Origin: Candidatus Thalassarchaeaceae archaeon
GTDB lineage: Archaea; Thermoplasmatota; Poseidoniia; Poseidoniales; Thalassarchaeaceae
Assembly: GCA_965660655.1 (NCBI GenBank)
Contig: CBFIAW010000002.1
Span: 1 to 59,201, forward strand
Direction of reading: 5' to 3'
Length of the DNA stretch: 59,201 nt
Under the pieces are notes generated by a model. That model saw only the letters and a program-made list of their open reading frames with translations. It was not told the origin of the DNA and made no database searches. Positions 8,674 through 17,412 of the stretch are shown piece after piece (position 1 is the first letter of the stretch; every line of letters starts with the position of its first letter). A program made the translations under genes and the position numbers.

Positions 8674-11529
8674 CTAGACAAAAGCTATTCCCGGTTCTAG
8701 AGGAAATGCGAATCTGGCCTTCCCACCCACGTCCTCGGATTCTCCTACCGAGTGTACCTCGATTGAATCGACCCCAAGAGCGGAAGCAATGAAATCGGAG
8801 TTCTCCTTGATTACTTCGACCTCATTAATTTCCTCGGAAATTAGAGCCCTCTCCCCCTCTAACCAAGTGTGGATTCTACCTCGCGTCTTCTTCCCCCCAA
8901 TGGTGATAGAGTTCCATGTCTGGAATACTTCCCCTCTTGTGGATTCGTCCTTGAAAGCCTCCAGGGACTTAACATGAGATTGTCCCTTTTCTTTGAAGTC
9001 AAATCCGGCTTCGTGAAGACTGATCGCCTCTGAGGCTAAGTCGGATTTCCATGCTGGCGAGGTTTGTATCACGACTCTCGTGATTTCATTGTCTGAGTAC
9101 CTCTCTGCAAGGGCTCTGAGATTTCTTCCGCTCGAGATTATTTCTTTGATGTAATTCTCAAGTGCCAAAACTCGAACGTCATTAGAATCATGTTGAAGAA
9201 CGGGAATAACAAACTTCGCTAGGAGATCTTCTCGGCCTAATTTCTTCCAGAATTCTTCAGCGATGTGGGGTGTTGCAGGAGCTAGCATGGGGATCCACCC
9301 ATGCAAGAAACTCATAGCGGTTATTCTATCACAGCCCCCCCTTCGTAAATACCAGTTCCAATCCGATAGCATCTCGAAGTGGCTTACCATCACCCCCTCT
9401 CGAAGGCTTACATCCGACATGACTTCGATCCACTTCTTCTGATTGGCCCTCAATCTGGACATTAACCAATCGTCGATCTTGGAAGGTGAGTCTGAGAATT
9501 CTAATGCGGTATCGACTCCATCAATTAGAGAAAACATCTGACGGTTGTTTGCTTCAAGAGCGCTGTCAGACCAATCCATCCCTGCCTCTGGGTTTGCTCC
9601 AAACAGAATGAATAGTCTGACAGTGTCAGCTCCGAATCTAGATATCATCTCCTCTGGACTAACTGTGTTCCCCAATGACTTACTCATCTTTGCTGATCGA
9701 CTGGAGAGTGGTTTTCCACATGATGGGCAATCCAAATCGAAGTTGTCGACGTGATACTCGGAATTGCAATCACCGCAATATGGCGCTGGTGCGTTAAGCA
9801 TACCTTGACAGACAAGCCTACCGAATGGCTCACCAACTTCATTCATCCCTGCGTCTCTGGTGAACTTTGTAAAAAATCGAGCATAGAGGAGGTGCATTAC
9901 CGCATGCTCAATTCCTCCGATGTACAAATCTACTCCGCCCCCCATCCAGTAGTCTACTGCTGGACGGTCGAACGGAGCTGATTCGTTGTTTGCATCGCAA
10001 AACCGCATGAAGTACCAGGAAGAGTCGTAGAACGTATCCATGGTATCTGTCTCTCTCTTTGCTTCCCCGCCACAAGAAGGACAGTTTGTCTGAACAAAGG
10101 AATTGTGAGATTCTAGGGGATTACCACTTTGTTCCTCAGTGAAGACAACGTCAAGTGGGAGTTCCACTGGTAGATTTTCCCGGGGAACCGGGACGATTCC
10201 ACAAGATTCACAATGAATCATGGGGATTGGTGTCCCCCAGAATCTCTGTCTGCTCAGTAGCCAGTCCTTCAATCGGTACTCCACAGTTCCATGGCCGGAA
10301 TTTTTCTTCTCGAGAGCGGCAATAACCGAATTCTTTGCTTCGTCTCCAGAAAGTCCGTCGAATCCTTCTACAGGGGAATTTACCATTGGCCCATATCCCT
10401 CGAAGGCCTGTCTGAGTGGTGAAGAAATATCTGATTCTCCTTTTTCGGCGAGGACTTGTCTAATCTCGAGATTGTACGCTTTGGCAAAATCAAAGTCTCG
10501 CTGATCATGCCCTGGGACTGCCATAACCGCGCCGGTTCCATAAGACGACACAACGAAGTTTCCAGCATATATCGGAATCTCCTCATCATTCATTGGATTG
10601 ATTGCATGCTTACCTAGGAAAACTCCTTTCTTTTCCTTGAGCATGTTTATCCTCTCAAATTCGGACATTCGTGCGCACTCGTCTCTAAGGTTTCTCCATC
10701 CTTCTTCCCAATCGGTACCCAAGCACAACTCCTCACAAAGTGGGTGCTCGGGCGACAGTGTGACGAAGGTGACTCCAAAGATTGTGTCTGGTCTTGTCGT
10801 GAACGCCCCGATCACCGAGTCGGAACCGACTACTGGGAAGTCAATATGGGCCCCGTGTGAACGTCCGATCCAGTTTCTCTGCATCGTCTTTACATTCTCA
10901 GGGAAGGAGATGTTATCGAGTTCGTCCAGTAACTCGTCGGAGTACTCAGTCATCCTGACAAACCATTGGGCCATATCCCTCTGAACTACTTCCAATCCAC
11001 ACCTCCAGCATCTATTGTTCTTAACCTGCTCATTTGCTAGAACTGTGTCACAATCCACACACCAATTTACCGGAGCCATCCTTCTTTCGACTAGTCCCTT
11101 CTCATTGAGGGCAAGGAACATCTCCTGGTTCCAACGGTAGTAATCAACATCGGACGTTGCTAAGAATCGTCGCCAATCGTATGAGTAGCCCATCCTTTCC
11201 TGATCGGAACGGATGCTTGAGATATTGCTGTGAGTGACTTCATGGGGATGTCCGCCCTCCTTCTTGGCAGCATTCTCAGCAGGCATTCCAAAAGAGTCGT
11301 ACCCCATTGGATAGAGGACGTTCTTCCCCATTAGTCTCTGAAAGCGAGCCATTGCGTCCCCGATTGAGTAGTTTCTGACGTGACCCATGTGCATGTGGCC
11401 AGAGGGATACGGGAACATCTCCAGACAGTAGAACTTAGGTTTTGACTCATCGATTTCGGCCTCGAAAACCCCGGCATCGGACCACTCCTTCTGCCAACGC
11501 GTTTCTATCTCTTGGGCGTCGTATGCCAT
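8674..11529 (-). CDS. leuS: Leucine--tRNA ligase (archaeal/eukaryotic-type LeuRS)
   Basis: PYPSGHMHMGHVRNY (HIGH-type motif), KMSKS present (SAKMSKSLGNTV), and a CP1 editing region. The ORF extends to 11664, but MAYDAQEIETRWQKEW at 11529 is the canonical N-terminus. Confidence 0.95.
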   Translation of the reverse strand: MAYDAQEIETRWQKEWSDAGVFEAEIDESKPKFYCLEMFPYPSGHMHMGHVRNYSIGDAMARFQRLMGKNVLYPMGYDSFGMPAENAAKKEGGHPHEVTHSNISSIRSDQERMGYSYDWRRFLATSDVDYYRWNQEMFLALNEKGLVERRMAPVNWCVDCDTVLANEQVKNNRCWRCGLEVVQRDMAQWFVRMTEYSDELLDELDNISFPENVKTMQRNWIGRSHGAHIDFPVVGSDSVIGAFTTRPDTIFGVTFVTLSPEHPLCEELCLGTDWEEGWRNLRDECARMSEFERINMLKEKKGVFLGKHAINPMNDEEIPIYAGNFVVSSYGTGAVMAVPGHDQRDFDFAKAYNLEIRQVLAEKGESDISSPLRQAFEGYGPMVNSPVEGFDGLSGDEAKNSVIAALEKKNSGHGTVEYRLKDWLLSRQRFWGTPIPMIHCESCGIVPVPRENLPVELPLDVVFTEEQSGNPLESHNSFVQTNCPSCGGEAKRETDTMDTFYDSSWYFMRFCDANNESAPFDRPAVDYWMGGGVDLYIGGIEHAVMHLLYARFFTKFTRDAGMNEVGEPFGRLVCQGMLNAPAPYCGDCNSEYHVDNFDLDCPSCGKPLSSRSAKMSKSLGNTVSPEEMISRFGADTVRLFILFGANPEAGMDWSDSALEANNRQMFSLIDGVDTALEFSDSPSKIDDWLMSRLRANQKKWIEVMSDVSLREGVMVSHFEMLSDWNWYLRRGGCDRITAMSFLHGWIPMLAPATPHIAEEFWKKLGREDLLAKFVIPVLQHDSNDVRVLALENYIKEIISSGRNLRALAERYSDNEITRVVIQTSPAWKSDLASEAISLHEAGFDFKEKGQSHVKSLEAFKDESTRGEVFQTWNSITIGGKKTRGRIHTWLEGERALISEEINEVEVIKENSDFIASALGVDSIEVHSVGESEDVGGKARFAFPLEPGIAFV

Positions 11530-11602
11530 TTGCTCAATCTCACCGCTGAGTATGACTTGTATATGCATTACGACTTTGTTAGATGTCAGCCTCGGAAAAG
11601 AT

Positions 11603-12310
11603 ATGCTGGCAGACGGGGAGTTCCATTCGGTAATCTGGGAAGACGGAATGGAAGTCTGGGTCACTCAGATGGGTTCACTCATGAATATGAATACAGCCTT
11701 CGTTGACAGGGCTAATGGAGTCGTTGCAATCATTGATCCATACGATGCAAAAAGATGGAGTGCAAAACTAGAGGAGGAGGGTTTGGAGCCTACTCACCTA
11801 CTATACACTCACACACATAGAGATCACGCTGCTGGATTCCCGGGTATGGTCAAGAGGTTTCCAGATCTAGAAGTTTGGGGCCATGAGGATGCGAGAGTAC
11901 CGAACCTGTTGGGACACATAGTTTTCAGAAATGTAAACTTCACAGATACTTGGCAATGCGCCCCTGGGGAGACTGTTGATTGGTCGGCTGGTTCAATTAG
12001 TCTTTCAGTGACTCATTCTCCGGGGCATGCTCCGGGGCATGTTACATTCCATGGTCACGGAGTCTACCATGCCGGTGATCTGCTATTCGTAAGAAGCGCC
12101 GGGAGGGTTGATCTCCCGGGAGGCGATCCTCGGGCCCAACAGAGGAGCCTGATGAGGGCAAAAGAGATCCTCATGGGCCTTCCTCCGGACTGGAGGCTCA
12201 TTCCCGGGCACAGGTATGATAACTTCAAGGGGGACATTCCCGATTGGATAAGCCTAGGTGATGCATTGAAGCACAACTACTTCCTTTCAAATATCACAAT
12301 GATTGACTAA
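11603..12310 (+). CDS. MBL-fold metallo-hydrolase (glyoxalase II-like)
   Basis: THTHRDHAAG (HxHxDH), HSPGHAPGH, and GDLLF..SAGRVDLPGGD. The start is ambiguous (11552, 11603, 11648 or 11669). Divergent from leuS. Confidence 0.8.
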   Translation: MLADGEFHSVIWEDGMEVWVTQMGSLMNMNTAFVDRANGVVAIIDPYDAKRWSAKLEEEGLEPTHLLYTHTHRDHAAGFPGMVKRFPDLEVWGHEDARVPNLLGHIVFRNVNFTDTWQCAPGETVDWSAGSISLSVTHSPGHAPGHVTFHGHGVYHAGDLLFVRSAGRVDLPGGDPRAQQRSLMRAKEILMGLPPDWRLIPGHRYDNFKGDIPDWISLGDALKHNYFLSNITMID

Positions 12311-12311
12311 T

Positions 12312-12797
12312 CTACCTTCTCAGGAGTCGCCTAACCAGGCTGCTTTCTTCATCGAGCGAAGGTGTGTCTTCCTCTCGGACCTTCTTCAGTGCATTGATTG
12401 GAACCCAATCATCTGGCACCAGCCTCCATGGAGTTACTCTTGCCATTATCCCTAGTAGAACCTGACTGCCTGGAATCATGAAAACTCTGAGGGGAGGTAC
12501 GACCAAGCTCAATGCGGCTAAGTCGTCTCTGGCCTGAATCCTCTCATTCCTGCTCACCCTTCGTCCGATGAGGATGCTGGAGAGAGTTTCTGAGGTCCGC
12601 TTGAAGTGCTCAGCACCGATTTTCGAGGTATCCCAAGCCTTTTCCACGGACTCACCCCACTTGCTAGGCTCCTTTGCTACCTCCTTGATCTCATTCTGTG
12701 ATTTATCGGGGAGAGACCGAAAAGCTGTAGCCGTCCCAGTTGCTATCCATGGTAGCCATCTTGCCAAGAATCCTGCGGAGTTCCTGATCCTGCCCAT
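12312..12797 (-). CDS. Small conserved-looking protein of unknown function (weak LETM1-RBD-like motif)
   Basis: 161-aa ORF starting 4 nt after the aceE stop. RRVSRNERIQARDDLAALSLVVPPLRVFMIPGSQVLLGIMARVTPWRLVPDDW weakly resembles the LETM1 pattern. Confidence 0.45.
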   Translation of the reverse strand: MGRIRNSAGFLARWLPWIATGTATAFRSLPDKSQNEIKEVAKEPSKWGESVEKAWDTSKIGAEHFKRTSETLSSILIGRRVSRNERIQARDDLAALSLVVPPLRVFMIPGSQVLLGIMARVTPWRLVPDDWVPINALKKVREEDTPSLDEESSLVRRLLRR

Positions 12798-12801
12798 GGA
12801 A

Positions 12802-15456
12802 TCACTCGGTCTTGTCTATCCTTTGAGATGAGACGCCCCTCGTCTTCATTTCTTTCCCTACGGTTCCAGATGGCAACACCCCATCCTGCTCCAATGCAGA
12901 AAGTGCGGCAATCACAATGCTATTTGTGTCAATCTCGAAGAAGGTGCGTAGTGCCTCTCGAGAATCTGAACGCCCGAAACCGTCTGTCCCTAGAACGACG
13001 TAGCGCCCCCCCACCCATCTTTGAATCATCTCAGGGACAGAGGTGATGTAATCTGAAGTGGCGACGGTTGGTGTGTCATCCCCAAAGCATTTCGAAACGT
13101 AGGGCCTTGAAGGATGCGCTGGTTCTAGACGCTTTGCCCTCTCGTGTTCCATGCCGATTCGTCGAAGTTCCCCATAGGAAGTAACTGACCAAACTTCGGA
13201 ACTTATTCCATGATCACGTAATAGGTCAGCGGCGGCTTCTCTGACAAGGTTCAGAATTGGGCCTGAACCTAGTAATCTGACCTTAGGGCCATCCTCCCCT
13301 AACTTTTCTACTTGGTAGGCCCCTCGAATAATCCCATCATCGACACCAGCGGGTTTAGGCATCTGCTGTTGGTTCTCATTGTATAGCATGACATAGTGGA
13401 ATACGTCCAGGTTCCGACCCCACATCTCATCGATTCCATGTCTGATTATTGTGGCAAGTTCGTAGGCATAAGCTGGATCCCATGCGCGGCAGTGAGGGAC
13501 AGTGGATGCCATCAAGAGGCTATGTCCGTCTTGATGTTGCAAGCCTTCACCGTTCAATGTCGTCCGACCCGCTGTCGCTCCCATGAGAAATCCTCGAGCC
13601 CTTGCATCGGCAGCACTCCAAATCTGATCCCCTACTCTCTGAAAACCGAACATCGAGTAGAAAGTGTAGAAGGGGATTGTAGGGGTGTTGGCGTTCGAAT
13701 AAGACGTTGCACTTGAGATCCATGAAGCTATGGCTCCAGCCTCTGAGATCCCTTCTTGAAGAACCTGCCCGGATTCAGACTCCTTGTAATTAAGCAGCAT
13801 CTTGTGATCCACAGGGGTGTACTTCTGCCCTCTTGGTGCAAATATCTCGAACTCGCTGAACAGAGGATCCATGCCGAAGGTCCTCCCTTCATCTGGAATG
13901 ATCGGGACCACCTTGTGGCCGATCTCTGACTTCATTAGATTCCTCAGTAGTCTGACGAAGGCCATGGTCGTAGAAACCTTCTGACCCTCGGGGGTTCCTT
14001 GATCGAAGGCTGAGTAGGTTTCCTCACCTGGAAGGTCAGTGGTGATTTTCGAAGGTCGTCTCGAAGGAAGAGGTCCCCCGAGGTCTATTCTCCGTTGAAT
14101 CAAATACTCGATTTCATCGGACTCATCTTCCAGAGTAATGAATGGGTCGTCTTCGAGTCTTGAGTCATCCACGTTGAGCCCAAGAACATCCCGATAAGCA
14201 ACTAAATCCTCTAGGTTCATCTTCTTCTTCTGGTGGGTTGAGTTTCTTCCCTTGAAAGAGTCAATCCCCCATCCCTTTACGGTATGTGCAAGGATTACAG
14301 CGGGACCGTTTGCAGACAGTGCTGCTTGGTAAGCGGAATGAACCTTGACCGGATCATGCCCCCCTCTAGTCAAATTCTCAATATCTGAGTCGGAAATAGA
14401 GGCCCCCAATGCCTGAAGAGATTCACTACCGGAGAACAACTCATCTCGGAACTCACTGACGGGGAGAGTGCTGAGGCGTTGCCAATCTCCATCTGTAATT
14501 CCCTCCATCTTCCTCAACAGCTCACCGTTTGAATCACGCTGAAACACCCGATCCCATCCAGAACCCCAGATGACCTTGATTACTGTCCACCCCGCTCCTC
14601 GGTACAGTCCCTCCAACTCCTGGATGATGTTGGAGTTTCCTCGTACCGGCCCGTCTAGTCTCTGGAGATTACAATTCACTACGACAACCAAATTGTCCAA
14701 CTGTTCCCTACCAGCGACTGCTATTGAGGCAATGGACTCCGGTTCATCCATCTCTCCATCCCCCAGGAATGCGAAAACACGACTCTCCGAGGTGTCGGCA
14801 AGACCGCGCTGATGAAGGTACTTCCAGAATCTGGCCTGCATCACAGCACCCAGTGGCCCGAGTCCCATGGAAACTGTGGGATACTCCCAGAACTCCGGCA
14901 TTAGACGAGGATGTGGATATGAAGAAAGCCCGTCTTCGAAGGCTTCCTGCCTGAAGTTTGAGATTTGCTCTCTAGTTATCCGGCCCTCCAAAAATGCCCT
15001 AGCATAGATTCCCGGGCTAGCATGACCTTGGATATACAGTGCGTCTCCTATCCCGTTGTGATCCTTTCCTCTGAAGATATGGTGGAATCCGACCTCGTAC
15101 AAAGTGGAGCTCGAGGCGTAAGTGGAAATGTGGCCACCGATTCCGTCCATTCTCCTATTTGCATCGGAAACCATAACCGCTGCATTCCACAGAACGTGAC
15201 TCTGAATCTTCTTCTCTATGTTCAGATTTCCGGGGTACGGGATTTGCTGCTCGATTGATATTGAGTTCAGATATGGCGTCCTAGAGGGTGATATATCGAT
15301 CCCTAGGGCTGAGGCCTCGGACATTAGTTCCTGAAGTAGGAGCCGAGCCCTGGAACTCCCATGGGAGTGAGACACCGTCCTCAATGACTCCAGCCACTCA
15401 TCGGTCTCTTCTGGATCGGTATCAGGGAGAGTCTGACGAGGTTTGGTGGGGGACAT
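12802..15456 (-). CDS. aceE: Pyruvate dehydrogenase E1 component, homodimeric (bacterial AceE type)
   Basis: Alignable by eye with E. coli AceE along its length: DTDPEETDEWLESL, GGHISTYASS, GHASPGIYARAFLEGR, GDGEMDEPES, NCNLQRLDGPVRGN, RGGHDP, GRTTLNGEGLQHQDGHS, LGTDGFGRSDSREALR. The ATG at 15456 gives an AceE-like N-terminus. The longer ORF (to 15576) would overlap the GNAT gene. Confidence 0.9.
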   Translation of the reverse strand: MSPTKPRQTLPDTDPEETDEWLESLRTVSHSHGSSRARLLLQELMSEASALGIDISPSRTPYLNSISIEQQIPYPGNLNIEKKIQSHVLWNAAVMVSDANRRMDGIGGHISTYASSSTLYEVGFHHIFRGKDHNGIGDALYIQGHASPGIYARAFLEGRITREQISNFRQEAFEDGLSSYPHPRLMPEFWEYPTVSMGLGPLGAVMQARFWKYLHQRGLADTSESRVFAFLGDGEMDEPESIASIAVAGREQLDNLVVVVNCNLQRLDGPVRGNSNIIQELEGLYRGAGWTVIKVIWGSGWDRVFQRDSNGELLRKMEGITDGDWQRLSTLPVSEFRDELFSGSESLQALGASISDSDIENLTRGGHDPVKVHSAYQAALSANGPAVILAHTVKGWGIDSFKGRNSTHQKKKMNLEDLVAYRDVLGLNVDDSRLEDDPFITLEDESDEIEYLIQRRIDLGGPLPSRRPSKITTDLPGEETYSAFDQGTPEGQKVSTTMAFVRLLRNLMKSEIGHKVVPIIPDEGRTFGMDPLFSEFEIFAPRGQKYTPVDHKMLLNYKESESGQVLQEGISEAGAIASWISSATSYSNANTPTIPFYTFYSMFGFQRVGDQIWSAADARARGFLMGATAGRTTLNGEGLQHQDGHSLLMASTVPHCRAWDPAYAYELATIIRHGIDEMWGRNLDVFHYVMLYNENQQQMPKPAGVDDGIIRGAYQVEKLGEDGPKVRLLGSGPILNLVREAAADLLRDHGISSEVWSVTSYGELRRIGMEHERAKRLEPAHPSRPYVSKCFGDDTPTVATSDYITSVPEMIQRWVGGRYVVLGTDGFGRSDSREALRTFFEIDTNSIVIAALSALEQDGVLPSGTVGKEMKTRGVSSQRIDKTE

Positions 15457-15533
15457 GGGTGCACTACTGCCCCGCAGGGCAGAATCAGCAGCCAAGGCGT
15501 GTTTTTTGAATGGGTCGTCGTTCTTATCTGCTC

Positions 15534-16145
15534 TCAGAGCGGGGCTGGCCCAGGGCCGACCTCGATGAGATGGCACTCGTGCGTTGTCCTCACACCAGCC
15601 ACAGTGATTGCGGAATCACCCGACACATGCCTCTCCCCTTTCCATTTCCTGACTGTTCTTAGAACGGTCTTGGATCCGGGGGTGTTGTTGGGATCGACCT
15701 TTACCTCAACGATTAGTTCTCCAACCTGTCCCAACCAGCCCAAAGCAGCATCTATACTTCTGCGAGCATAACCATGGCGTTGCTCGGAACTGCGTACCCA
15801 ATACCCCAAGTTCCACGTGGCTCTGTCGGATCTAGTCACTCTATCGAAACCAACCAATCCAATCACATAACCATCCCAAGGACGAATCATGACCCAGTGA
15901 TGGAGGAGACCGGTTCTTCCCTTACGCTCGGTGTCACCAATGAACTCCTCTATCTGTGGCCTAATATTTTTATCTGGATTTATCCAAGGCATGGCTCTTA
16001 TGACATCTGGCCATGTTTCTTCGAATGCCTCGACTATCTCTGGGATGTGAGGCTTTGATGCTGGCCTGAGCACCAAGCCCTCGTCGACCCTGATGGATGA
16101 GGTTGCCCGCCTGTGCATTGTTTGGGGGGACGAGGCCCTACGCAT
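15534..16145 (-). CDS. GNAT family N-acetyltransferase (RimJ/RimL-like)
   Basis: LVLRPASKPHIPEIVEAFEE...MPWIN..., then W..GYVIGLVGF....W.LGYWV....RHGYARRSIDAAL, typical of RimJ/L-type GNATs. Confidence 0.7.
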   Translation of the reverse strand: MRRASSPQTMHRRATSSIRVDEGLVLRPASKPHIPEIVEAFEETWPDVIRAMPWINPDKNIRPQIEEFIGDTERKGRTGLLHHWVMIRPWDGYVIGLVGFDRVTRSDRATWNLGYWVRSSEQRHGYARRSIDAALGWLGQVGELIVEVKVDPNNTPGSKTVLRTVRKWKGERHVSGDSAITVAGVRTTHECHLIEVGPGPAPL

Positions 16146-16169
16146 CAGTTCTGCGTAAACAGAGTTGAT

Positions 16170-17294
16170 TTATGAAATCAGTTTCTCCTTTGCACGGGCC
16201 ACGTCTGGGTCTTCTGGGTTGGTCTCGTAGGCTGATTCAACCATTCTTTGTGCCTCCGTGTTCCTTCCAATTGACATCAGGAGCTTACCAATTGAGTAGA
16301 TCAACGAGGGCCTATTGCCCAAATGTGGGCCGACCTCATCTAGAAGGACAGTGGTCTGAGCCGTGTTCTGCTCTTTTGCTGATCTGAATGCTGCTTGGAG
16401 TTGTTTGATAATTTCTGGTACAGGCCATTCGTCCTGTTGTTGCCATGGCCAGAAAGAGTGGTTGACTTCCTGATCTAGAGGGTTAGTTGGCTCTCTTTCT
16501 ACAGACGTAAGGACAGGGGCTGATGGCAATTGAACGGGTGGTTCCGTCGACTCTGGCACCTCTTCTTCGAGGACGGGGGCTGCGGTAATTTTCGGGATGG
16601 GAACCGATGGGGCTGATGGAATTGAGTGGCTTATTGCTATTGCTGGGGACTCTTTCGCAAAGGCTTCCTCGAATTCGTCAATCTTCCCATCTCCATCGAA
16701 GTCATCGGCTTCAATACCTGCACCTTCGCCGATAGGAGAGCCCGTTTCGTTGGCCTCAATAATCTCGCTGGGAGGCAGTGGTTGGGTGAAATTTGGAGTC
16801 TCGGCATTGGGTTGGATCAATTCTATTGTTCGACGGTTCAAGACTTCGTCCTCTTCTTCCTCTTCTTCCGAACTTCTGGGAACTTCGAATTTTTGGACGA
16901 ATTGAGGGATATCATCTGCTGTAAGTTCGTACTCCTCGTCTACTTCATCGACGGGGGGGGTCATTGAGTCAAAATCTGGCTTTCGGTCCAGTTGGACTTC
17001 ATCGTCTTCCCCGTATTGGGAAACTTCTACGGTTAAGTCATCAAATGCAAATGAAGGGGTAGTGGGTTCTTCCTCTTCTTCTTCCTCGAACTCGCTCATC
17101 AGCTGATCCAACAGGTCTGTAGACTCGTCATCCCCCAGTCCTGAGCTCTGCTGAAAAGATGGTCGATCTATCTGGTAGTAGCATCTCGTGCAGACCTTGG
17201 TCCCCTCTTGGTTCGAATGCTGACAAGATGGGCAAATGACGCCTTTTGAGTTGGAATTACTCCATGACTTGAACTTGTCAAATACCAATCCCAT
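16170..17294 (-). CDS. Zinc-ribbon protein with a long acidic disordered linker and a TPR-like C-terminus
   Basis: CPSCQHSNQEGTKVCTRCYY (CxxC..CxxC), EEEEEE tracts, and a helical C-terminus (NRPSLIYSIGKLLMSIGRNTEAQRMVESAYETNPEDPDVARAKE). Start at MGLVFDKF (17294). The longer ORF version is Arg/Pro-rich and unlikely. Confidence 0.55.
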   Translation of the reverse strand: MGLVFDKFKSWSNSNSKGVICPSCQHSNQEGTKVCTRCYYQIDRPSFQQSSGLGDDESTDLLDQLMSEFEEEEEEEPTTPSFAFDDLTVEVSQYGEDDEVQLDRKPDFDSMTPPVDEVDEEYELTADDIPQFVQKFEVPRSSEEEEEEDEVLNRRTIELIQPNAETPNFTQPLPPSEIIEANETGSPIGEGAGIEADDFDGDGKIDEFEEAFAKESPAIAISHSIPSAPSVPIPKITAAPVLEEEVPESTEPPVQLPSAPVLTSVEREPTNPLDQEVNHSFWPWQQQDEWPVPEIIKQLQAAFRSAKEQNTAQTTVLLDEVGPHLGNRPSLIYSIGKLLMSIGRNTEAQRMVESAYETNPEDPDVARAKEKLIS

Positions 17295-17412
17295 CCCCCC
17301 AGTAGTTCCATTCGATGGTGGGGAGCGTATAATTCTCACTGGGAATGGTTTGGTTTGTTGAAACAAGCACCCGCCAAGTAACCGTGATAGGGCCCCGGGG
17401 CGACGGGAGTCC

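Noticed and set aside
11530-11664. 45-aa N-terminal extension of the leuS ORF
   Set aside because: The canonical LeuRS N-terminus (MAYDAQEIETRWQKEW) starts at 11529. The extension would collide with the divergent MBL-hydrolase gene.
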